Assembly: GCA_000004985.1 (NCBI GenBank)
Contig: GG738860.1
Origin: Naegleria gruberi
Taxonomy: Eukaryota
Strand: one strand, 5' to 3'
Length of the DNA: 64,000 nucleotides
Positions 54,886 through 64,000 of this stretch are shown piece by piece. A program made the translations under genes and the position numbers. The notes below the pieces were generated by a model that ran no database searches, had not been told where the DNA came from, and saw only the letters and a list, made by a program, of their open reading frames with translations. Every line of letters starts with the position of its first letter. Positions within the stretch are counted from its first letter, which is position 1.

Positions 54886-55397
54886 TTTTTTTGAATCATG
54901 AAAAATTTTGTAACAAATTCAGATATTTTCAAATAGCAAATTAACGTTAACTTTAGAATTAATTGTTGGAATATTACCTTTGAATATTCATATTAAAACC
55001 AATTTCTATGTAATTGCTCTTATAAAAGTATCACCTTATTCATTGACCTTAAATTCTATTGATTCAACTATACTCTATCCTTTACAATAATTCTAAACCA
55101 AAATATTCCATGGCAGTAAATGCGGCCAAACTTTACAACGTTCAGCCAAATGAACTCTGTTGGCCAAAATATTTCGAATTCGAAAGACATGGAAAAAATG
55201 GTGCGCGCTCATTTTTTCTTTCTAAAACAAAAAAAGCGTAAAACCTTGCAAGTGCGCTTTAAAGAAATTTCATATTTTAAAAAAACTGAATTCATCACTA
55301 ACCATCATCAAAAACTTCGGAGAAAATTTTGCTCTAGTTGATGAAGAATTTAACGAATAATAATACGAGAAGAAATCTACTGAATACAATAACGAAA

Positions 55398-56671
55398 ATG
55401 AAGGCTATGATTATTGAGGATTATTGTGAGGAACCAGATTTTAAATTGGTTACCGATTTTGAAAAACCTAAAGTTTCATCTTCCAAGCAAGTTCTTGTGA
55501 ATTTAAAGACTGCTTCTGTCAATCCTGTGGATTACAAGTTGAGAAAGGGAGCAATGAAGATGGCTGCATCTATGAAATTCCCAGCAATTCTTGGAAAGGA
55601 TGGTTCTGGTGTTGTGGAGCAAGTCGGAGCTAAGGTTGATAGATTTAAAGTGGGAGATCGTGTGACTGGATTCTTGCCAAATAACAAAACTGGAAGTTAT
55701 GCTGAGTATGCTGTGTTTGAGGACGATGAATTGACACTCTATCCTGACCAATTGACTCACCAACAAGCAGCTGCATTTCCATTGGCTGGTAAGTTTCAAG
55801 CTAATTATTTTAACTAATTTGGAAATTTATCTTGTTTAAATATAATTGGAATTTCAATTAATAATTGATCACAGGATGTACTGTTTTGGAAATGTATAGA
55901 AGACATCCACTTATTGGAGAAGTTTTAGATAGAGAAGGTGAAAGTGCCTACAAGACTGGAAAGATTTCTGATGCACTCACTGGTACAAAGAAGGATTTGA
56001 AAATTCTCATTATTGGAGCATCTGGCGGCACTGGTAGTATTGCTGTAATGGTTGCTAAACAATTCTTGAGTAGATATTTCAACACCAAGATTTATGCAGT
56101 TTGTTCAGAGAGAAATTCTCAATTTGTTACTTCTCTTGGAGCTGATGTCGTAATTGATTATAACAAGACCTCTGCAAAGGCCGGTGCTCACACTACACAC
56201 GCATCTGGTGGTTTGGCAGATAGTATGAAGAGTATTTGTCAATTGATTAGTGAAACACATGGTGACAAGTATGTGGATATTGTTATTGACACAGTTGGCG
56301 GATATTATTACTATGAGGATGTTTGTCAACATTTGGACTGTAAATCAGCTGAAAAGGGAGTTACATTCTCAACCATTTCTACACCTAATCCAAACGAATA
56401 TACTTTGACCTTCTCCAGCTTGGTAAAGATTGGTTGTTACATTTCCTCAAACAAACTCAAATCAATGTCCAGCTGCTATCCATCCTATCATATGGTATTT
56501 CTTGGAAAGAATGCAAAGGATATGAATTTACTTTTGAATCACATTGTTGTTTCAAATGATGCCTACAAATTATTGCCTCTCATTCCATTCTCATTGGAAA
56601 ATACTAAGGATGCTCACTTACAAATGCAATCTCAAAGAACAGTGGGTAAAATCATCATTGACATTGAATAA
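55398..56671 (+). CDS. Medium-chain dehydrogenase/reductase (quinone-oxidoreductase/zeta-crystallin-like). Two exons, 55398..55788 and 55875..56671.
   Basis: The GroES-like N-domain carries VLVNLKTASVNPVDYKLRKG and GKDGSGVVEQVGAKVDRFKVGDRV. The Rossmann-fold motif is ILIIGASGGTGSIAVMVAK. An 86-nt intron at 55789..55874 runs GTAAGT...CACAG. Confidence 0.8.
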
Positions 56672-57239
56672 ACAACTGTAAATAATACTCTTCACTTTCT
56701 ACTGTAAATTGAAATTCGAAATACCCATAAAAACATTATTAGAAAATTGGGTATTCTACTGCCATTTCCAAATAAAGAAAACTGGCCATCACCCACGTCA
56801 GGTTATGAAATATCCTCCTTTCCCCTTAAATCACTTACTAGAATCAATTATCACTAGCCACATTTCTTAATACTCTTAATCACCACACAAGAGATTCAAA
56901 TAATGCGTTTCATTATCCCTCGAGTAGGGACATTCATTGTGTGACTACATTGATTTAACCTGGTTTTCTCACTCTTTCAAGTAATACGGATAATATTCCT
57001 AACACTGACCCACTCAATAACTTAGTATCACAATTGTTGTAATAACTGATTCGATGTGTATGCCCTCTCCCCATAAAAAGAAAGAAAACTCTTTTAAGAC
57101 TGTTGAACAAATTCAAAAAAAACAACACAAACAAACTCTCCTCCATTCGAACATCTCTCAAACACGATTATTATAACTGAGCGAGAAAAAACTTATTAAC
57201 AGTCGGAAGAAGAAGAATAATACATCAAATATATAAAGA

Positions 57240-59236
57240 ATGGCTCCTCAAAGTAATAAGTATTCTAACAAGGTGGATGATGAAGATTATGAAGATTCAT
57301 TTTCTGCAGCAATGATGGATGATACCGGAGGTGATAATTCATATGAAAATAATAGGCTTCAGCTGGAAGAAACAGGAGGAAGACTACACATTGACGATCA
57401 CCATCTACAAGAAACAGAATTACAAGATGTGGATTTGGTAAAAAGTTCAAATTCTAGTTCTGCCAACAGTAGAGAACCATTGAAAGAGGATGATGTGGCG
57501 GAGTTGAAAGTTATGACAAATACAAAGAAGAGATTGTCACCCAAAGAGATTTTAGCAAATATGAAATCAGTCTTGTTGACAAAGGCCTTTTTACAAACCA
57601 TGTTATTGAACTTTGCCATTTTGTGCATGTGTATTTCGTGTAAGTTTTACTGTTGAATTTCATAGTAATGTAATTGATTATTATCCATTTCACATTTTGG
57701 GCAAATTATTTCATCATCTTCATCATCTGTTGATCAACATTATTTCAATACAATGAAACAGCTAGTAGTGTAGGATCACTTATCAATGTTTTTGCCAAAC
57801 AAACCAATACAGACCGATCTGAAGTTGGTATTGTTTTCACAATCAGAGGTATCGGAGCACTTGTGACAACACTTATTGGAGGATTTGTCATGGATGCAAT
57901 GAAGAAATTTATGGACAAGAAGATTAAGGATCATCACAAGAGAACTCTCTATGAAACTCTTACAAATTATGCATTGATTATTGTGTCCATTCTCATCATG
58001 ACTCTTGCATCTGCATTGATGCCTTTTGGTTCTTCATTGTGGTCTCTATGTGCAATCTTCTTACTGTGGGGTGTAGGGCAGGGATATTTAGGTATTTGTG
58101 CTCAAGCTTTATTATTCAGTATTTGGAATGAGATGAAGATTAATGTCACACCATTCTCACAATTATTCCACTTTTCTGCAGGTCTTGGTTTATTCTTTGG
58201 ACCATTTACTGTTTTGGTTGTGAATAGTATTTTGGGAGTTGATAATTCACAAGTTGTAGTTCCTGCTGATGAAGGTGCTGAATCATTGTCATCCATTTTA
58301 CAAAATAATGTGACATTTATTAATTCTACCATTGGAAATTCTACTGAGGGAACACCAGCTGGATTTATTGAAGGAACACTCATTTCCAAGTCTGTTTTGG
58401 GAACTAACTTTATTGTCTGTCTCTTGTACTTGCTTTCCATTGGTTTGTTCATTATTTACATGGTCTACATGTGGATGAAGAGAAACGAAATCTCTGACGA
58501 TGTTAAACCAATCAATGATGGAGAAGAGGATGACACTGCTTCTGTTGGTAGTATTGAACATGGAGAAGCAAAGAAACCAAATAATTCTAGAACTGTATTC
58601 CTTACCAAGCTTTTTGTTACCATTTTGGTTGCTTTGGCTCTTTTATCATACTGTATGGCTGAGAGCACTTATGGTAACGTTATTTATTCATACTTGACTG
58701 CTATGGAATTGGCAGATGACAGTGAAGCAAACATGATCAATTCTGGTTTTTGGCTGTTGTTCACAATTGGCAGAGGTATTGCCATTCCAATTTCATATTT
58801 CATTCCACCATTTATCATGTTACTTGTTGACTTTATTGGAATTACGATTAGTGTTTCGTTATTATGGATTTTCTCTACCAATATTTCAGTTTTGTGGGTT
58901 GCAAGTCTCTTGTTAGGTCTTTCCATTGCCAGTTTGTATCCAACAACCATTTCAATTCCATCATCAGTAATGAATTTGGAAATTACTGGCTTAATGACCA
59001 GTTTGATGGTTTTGGGAGGCTCTGGAGGTGCAATGTCTGGTCCATACATTACCCTTGCTCTCTTCAAGAAGATTAGTCCAAAAGTTATCTTTGCAACAGT
59101 TACAATCAGTGTAGTTTGTTTGGCCCTCGTTATTATTTCTCTATTCATTTTCAGCCGTATTTACAATAGAAGAAGAAATACCAAAGAAGTTGCCACTCAA
59201 TCTGAAAAAGTTCATGAAGTTTCTCCAGTTGAGTAA
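57240..59236 (+). CDS. Major-facilitator-superfamily transporter (MFSD4-like) with an acidic N-terminal extension. Two exons, 57240..57639 and 57762..59236.
   Basis: A 122-nt intron at 57640..57761, running GTAAGT...AAACAG, joins TM1 (FLQTMLLNFAILCMCIS|SSVGSLINVFA) to a 12-TM body carrying the MFS-type loop motifs GIVFTIRGIGALVTTLIGG. Confidence 0.65.
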
Positions 59237-59314
59237 TTTTCTTCAAAGACTTTAAACAACGAGAAATCAATTAATTTAGTTTACAATAAAAATATTTATT
59301 TCAATTAAAAAAAA

Positions 59315-61198
59315 ATGAAAGAAAACAAACATTGTGATGAAACAACTCCTGGAGGATCATCAGGAGAAGAAGGAATTTCAGGAAAATACTCTCAAATATT
59401 AATTGCCATCCTTCCCACATTTCTAACGAGTATTCTCGATGTTTATATTGATATGCACTTGACTAAATATTACATGGAAGATATTTGTAAATATTATTCG
59501 GATAAATCATGTATAGAGGCTTCAAGGTTTGGATTGGTAAATTCCTTCATCCGATCATTAAGTTTAATAACAGATTTCTTCAGTGCAACCTTGATTGATT
59601 CAAGTAGCCTTGGACAACAAACTCTCTTGATGATTTGTGCACCAATTTATTGGATGAGTATTGTTGGATTGTTTTTGGGACCTTCATTGTATAGATCGGA
59701 GATGATTCCCACATTTATTTGGTTTATTATTTGTTCATTATTGAAGAATATGGTACCACTGAGAGTTTTATATGATACATCAATTGTGAGAATGTGTAAA
59801 TTGTGGAATGTGAAGGATAGATCGGATTTATTTTCTGTGAAACATCAAGCTTCAATGTATGGAGGAGTTTTGGGAGCATTCTTGCCATCGCTGCTGAGAT
59901 TTATATTATCTTCGTTGACTTTGAGTGAAAATCAAATTACAAGAGTATATATCATGATTGGAAGTTTACTAATTATTGGATCTTATGTATTCATGTCGAG
60001 TTTCTTTCGAAATTCAAGAGAAATGAATAGTTTCAAAAAGGAAAAAACAGAGGAAAAGAAATCAGTCTCATGGATTCCTGCATTGAAAAAGTGCTTTGAA
60101 AATAGAGCCTTTGTAGCTCTACTTTGCTTGTTTAGTTATGAAACATTGAGAGGATTATTGTGGAATGGTCTATACATTTTCTACATTACTAAAGTATTGA
60201 ATTTGGAGGGAGCTAATTTTGATTTTTGGACTGGAGTTCTCAACACGACTGGAATGATATTTGCCATGATATTCTCCCCACTATGGCAATATATGGCTTC
60301 CAAGTATGGTAATTATAATACTTGGCTAGTTTCATATCTAGTTCAGATACCTATTGGTGTTTTTGTGTACTTGTTTGTGGATTATTCGAGTACAGAACCT
60401 CAAATTTGGAATTATCTTCCATTCTTTGTCTTGCTGACAATTACTGGAAGGTCTAGCGGATTCCTTCTCGATAGTATCAAGACTACCGTCTTTGATTATG
60501 ATGAATTGAGAACTGGAGAGAGAAGGGAAATTTCTTTGGAGGCCACCTGGTCGTTCCTACCAAGATATATTGATTTAATATCTAGCTCTGTATCTTTTGG
60601 AATTTTATCATATTTCAATACTTATGGACTGTCTGTTGAGGAGAGAACATCTTTGAAGAGTGGAACTTATACCCTAATGGGAAAACACTCGATATCTGTG
60701 CAAGCTGCTCTACTCCCAAGCTTGACCTCAATAGTATGCCTTTTCCTCATGTACAGATTCCCAATCAACGATCAAAAACATGCCGAAATTTTGGATTTAA
60801 TCAGGAAGAGAAAGGAAGAGGATAATCACTCTAAAATTATTGATCCATTAACAGGAGAGGAAATCATAATCCATGAAGAATCCGACAAGAATTCTCAAAA
60901 AATCAATAAGAAATCAAGAGAGGAAGAGGATTATTTCTTTACCTTTGAATTGGACATGATAAAGAGTAACACTAGTTGGTATGGTAAATGGTTGGTAGAA
61001 ATTGAGATTATCACCACCATTTCCATGACCATTCTCTTTGGAATATTTGGCTACAAATTTATAATGAATGTTTTATTTGGTGAGGATATCTACGCAAGTT
61101 TATTCCTTTGGTTAAGCTCTGTAACATTTACCTTGTCCACATTCTTCCTCTCCAGAATAAGTGTTGCTAAGAAATTGAGGAAACAAAATTGTTTTTGA
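59315..61198 (+). CDS. Polytopic membrane transporter that resembles the GPH/MFSD2 cation-symporter family
   Basis: A 627-aa single-exon ORF with about 12 predicted hydrophobic helices and a central loop. The family assignment is tentative. Confidence 0.6.
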   Translation: MKENKHCDETTPGGSSGEEGISGKYSQILIAILPTFLTSILDVYIDMHLTKYYMEDICKYYSDKSCIEASRFGLVNSFIRSLSLITDFFSATLIDSSSLGQQTLLMICAPIYWMSIVGLFLGPSLYRSEMIPTFIWFIICSLLKNMVPLRVLYDTSIVRMCKLWNVKDRSDLFSVKHQASMYGGVLGAFLPSLLRFILSSLTLSENQITRVYIMIGSLLIIGSYVFMSSFFRNSREMNSFKKEKTEEKKSVSWIPALKKCFENRAFVALLCLFSYETLRGLLWNGLYIFYITKVLNLEGANFDFWTGVLNTTGMIFAMIFSPLWQYMASKYGNYNTWLVSYLVQIPIGVFVYLFVDYSSTEPQIWNYLPFFVLLTITGRSSGFLLDSIKTTVFDYDELRTGERREISLEATWSFLPRYIDLISSSVSFGILSYFNTYGLSVEERTSLKSGTYTLMGKHSISVQAALLPSLTSIVCLFLMYRFPINDQKHAEILDLIRKRKEEDNHSKIIDPLTGEEIIIHEESDKNSQKINKKSREEEDYFFTFELDMIKSNTSWYGKWLVEIEIITTISMTILFGIFGYKFIMNVLFGEDIYASLFLWLSSVTFTLSTFFLSRISVAKKLRKQNCF

Positions 61199-61370
61199 AA
61201 TATGATCTCTGCATTGAAATGATTCGTGCATTACTTTTGAAACGCCCTCTCATGTTCTGGTATGTCTGTTACAATCTGTTGATTATAAAATACATTTTAG
61301 TAAATGAGGACATTTTTTTAAACAACAAGATTAGTCTGTCACTTCGACGAATCATCTCAAATATAGATGT

Positions 61371-62025
61371 ATGAAAAAAAACATGGCAGAACGGAAAACT
61401 AATCTCACACTCTTTTTAATTTTCTGCCTGAGCATTTGTTGTCTTTGTTTGTGTTGTGTGAATGCCACTGCTTCAACATGTAATAGTCCACATGCAAACA
61501 TGATATCGAGCTCTAAAAGAAGTGTTGTTGTTTTGGCAAATGAACAGCTTCTAACAGGAGTAGTACCACTACGACCAATGTAAGTACTATTAAACATACA
61601 TGTTTATTCGAAATATTCAGAAATTGGACGAAAGCCAACCTTCACTCTCAACCTCTTCTTATCCAATTTCTCCAGAGGCAAAATATTACATTGACAAACA
61701 ACCATCCACATATCACATTACAGGTCCACTCAATCTCAAACTCTCCAAAAGATCAAGAACATTTCATGGCTCTGACCAAGCAACCAAATGTGTTGCATGT
61801 AGGTTAGATTGCATGAAGAAGATCCATCCAGAAATTGGTTCCTTCTTTGAATCATGTAGAAATCAATACTATTACTATGGTTGTAAGAAGAGACATCCGT
61901 GCTATGAGGAAGGTGATGGAGATTTTGTGATGGAGATGGCTATTGGAATTTGTTTGGAAAAGAATGGATGTATTATGAGAAGGGAATTCCTTAGTAATGT
62001 CGACGATGATCAGGATGAACAATAA
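61371..62025 (+). CDS. Secreted cysteine-rich small protein. Two exons, 61371..61579 and 61635..62025, with the intron boundary uncertain.
   Basis: Signal peptide MAERKTNLTLFLIFCLSICCLCLCCVNATA. A GTAAGT donor at 61580 overlaps the ORF-track stop. A 55-nt intron would join to the Cys-patterned ORF 61600..62025. Confidence 0.4.
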
Positions 62026-62139
62026 TTTAGTTTGCATTAACAAGTTCTGGCAATTCTTTGAAATTCTTCCTTCTCAGCACCTTGTTGCCATTCAAGTTCG
62101 AATAAATGATGATGGAAGATCTGTTCATTGTTTATCTTT

Positions 62140-62300
62140 AGAATGGAAACTGAATATTTTAGATACAAATTTATAATAAATGTTTTATTTGGAGAGGGAT
62201 ATGTACGCTAGCTTATTCTTTTGGTTAAGCTCTGTAACATTTACTTTGTTCGCATTCTTCTTCTCGAGAATAAGTGTAGCTCAAAAATTAAACAAATAAA
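62140..62300 (+). pseudogene. Duplicated relic of the 3' end of the 59315..61198 transporter gene
   Basis: The segment 62163-62290 is about 85-90% identical at the DNA level to 61058-61190. The relic reads KFIINVLFGEGYVRSLFFWLSSVTFTLFAFFFSRISVAQKLNK*, against KFIMNVLFGEDIYASLFLWLSSVTFTLSTFFLSRISVAKKLRK in the parent gene. Confidence 0.6.
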
Positions 62301-62332
62301 TTACTTTACAAAATATTACTAGCTCAATATTA

Positions 62333-63957
62333 TTAACCAGATGTAACAAGTTGGACAACGTCTTCATCTGCCAATTCGTGACTCAAACCAACTCTTTGAG
62401 GTGTATGTTTAGCTCTATTTGTGTTCATATTATAGAATAACGGAATATAAGAAGTAATAGGAGAAAAAAATAGAATAAATAAAAATATTGTAAAAAAACT
62501 TACGATTTGCCCCACACAATAGCATATTTAAAGTTCTTCTTCATGTCCTTGTGTACGCTGTTACAGATATCTTCAATTGTGGAACCTTCTCTCAAAACGA
62601 CTGGATCTTTGAAATCTGGAGCACAACCTCTCTTCTTGGTATAAGCTCTAACCAATCCCAAGTGTTCCCAAATTTGTTCAATCAAGTAATCCAAATTCAA
62701 ATCCCAGTTACATGATATCACAACAGAGTTTTCCCTCTTGGCCAACTTGTCAACTTCTTCCAAAGTTATGGTATCGACCTTGTTGTAAACACAGAGACAC
62801 TTAATATATTGTCTGTTACCTTCCACCAAATCAATAAAGTCATCAATTTCAGCATCGTATCTGATAACAACTTCAGCATTGTGAATCTTTTGTTCTCTCA
62901 AGATGTCAGAAACAAGCTTTTCAGTAACACCCTTAGTTTGTTTACAAGTTGTTGTAAATCTGAGACCACCAGTTTTAAGTGGTTTGAAGTACATGTTTGG
63001 TTTTGGTTTGTTCAATCTGATACCAACACTTTCCAATTCTTGTTCCAAAAGATGTTTGTGAATTTCACCCTTTGAGGCATCCAACATCATCAAAACCAAA
63101 TCAGCAGTTCTTGCAGTAGCAATAACTTGTTTACCTCTTCCTTTACTATTTTCCATAAAGTCATTAGTAATATAATCAATTTTTAAATTATCCAAATATT
63201 TCAGCAAATAGTTTTGATGATAATTCAAGTACATTCCGTTTTCAATAGAGTAATCATATTATCATTTGTTATAATATTATTATTATTGTTAATATTGTTA
63301 ATATATTGATAATGATAATAAACAAACATACCCTTCAGCAGCACCTTCAATAATACCAGGCAAATCCAAAAGTTGGATTCTTGATCCGTTATATTCAATA
63401 ACACCAGGAATACAAGTCAATGTAGTAAATTCATAGGCACCAGTTTCAGATTCAGTTCCTGTAATCTTATTCAACAATGTAGATTTACCAACAGATGGGA
63501 AACCAATCAAAGCAACACGAGCATCACCTGCTTTTCTGGCTTCAAATCCATCACCACCTCCACCACCTCCTTTCTTTTCAGAGTCAATGAGTTGTGAACG
63601 TACTATCAATTTATCAATTCAATAATCAAGTTGAAATTTTGTATCATTCCATATGTGATCGGATTGTTGTTGTTGTTGATATTCATATTGTTGAGTGTTA
63701 ATACTTACACCTGGCCAATCTAGCCTTCAACAGACCAATGTGGTATTCAGTGGCCTTGTTCTTTTGGGTTTTGTTCATTTCATTTTCAATATCTATGATT
63801 ATCATCCGATAAATATATTTAAATTAAATTCCAAATCAACAAAATTATTATCAGTGTGATAATATATCCATCACATTATTTTCCATCACATCATTAATTA
63901 AATATATTACCGAAACAAAAGTAACAACTCACCCTTTATCTTTTCTAGAATGCCCAT
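62333..63957 (-). CDS. Developmentally regulated GTP-binding protein (DRG, Obg-family GTPase with a TGS domain). Five exons: 63933..63957, 63709..63792, 63332..63602, 62504..63145 and 62333..62414, giving 367 aa.
   Basis: Introns are 63793..63932 (140 nt, GTGAGT), 63603..63708 (106 nt, GTAAGT), 63146..63331 (186 nt, GTATGT) and 62415..62503 (89 nt, GTAAGT). The spliced product reads [42 protein letters not shown]...[20 protein letters not shown]...[27 protein letters not shown]...[33 protein letters not shown]. The length of 367 aa matches that of DRG1. Confidence 0.85.
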
Positions 63958-64000
63958 TTTTAATTTTTTTAAATTCGAATTTTATTGTTCAATTCTTTCT

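Noticed and set aside
1-64000. Ciliate, dictyostelid or prokaryotic origin. I also looked for operons, CRISPR arrays and mobile elements.
   Set aside because: Standard stop codons terminate all long ORFs, so it is not a ciliate. GC content of about 35% and short GTAAGT introns, together with Nfa1-type hemerythrin, fit a Naegleria-like genome better than Dictyostelium at about 22% GC. There are no Shine-Dalgarno or operon structures, no CRISPR-like direct repeats, and no transposase, integrase or LTR signatures.

Overview
The window is AT-rich (~35% GC) eukaryotic nuclear DNA from a draft scaffold. It carries three N-gaps: 1030-1079, a sized ~9 kb gap at 2262-11231, and 12789-12960. Gene content and a 119-aa Nfa1-type hemerythrin point to a Naegleria-like heterolobosean amoeba. 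That assignment is inferred from memory, not from a search. Genes are dense, lie on both strands and mostly have none to four short spliceosomal introns of 43-186 nt with GTAAGT, GTGAGT or GTATGT donors. Several six-frame ORFs are fragments of spliced genes, and I re-joined them by hand. Recognisable content: a giant receptor-type protein kinase with an NHL beta-propeller, about 15 EGF-like modules, one TM helix and a TKL kinase domain, whose 5' part is lost in the big gap; a partial paralogue at the window start; a 5S rRNA gene; five tRNA genes (Asp-GUC, Thr-AGU, Trp-CCA, an intron-containing Thr-UGU and Leu-UAA); an RGS-domain protein; a class-3 lipase; a cluster of F-box/LRR genes, one holding a near-identical 72-bp tandem array; an RNR small-subunit R2 homologue with two di-iron ligands substituted; a Ctf18-like AAA+ clamp-loader subunit; a DUF971 protein; hemerythrin; a STE/MAP2K-like kinase; an MNT-fold nucleotidyltransferase-like gene; a secreted acidic repeat protein; a BPL_N-domain protein; Atg8; a fungal-type Zn2Cys6 transcription factor; an MDR-family oxidoreductase; two transporters with a duplicated 3' gene relic downstream; and a 5-exon DRG GTPase. 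Five F-box/LRR and other genes carry single frame disruptions. These are true pseudogenes, unannotated micro-introns or single-base assembly errors; I cannot tell which. No prokaryotic-style system (operon, CRISPR, toxin-antitoxin) is present. The leads worth a second look are the divergent R2, the Zn2Cys6 factor, the MNT-like nucleotidyltransferase, the 5S/tRNA insertion between receptor-kinase paralogues and the frame-disrupted F-box/LRR cluster.
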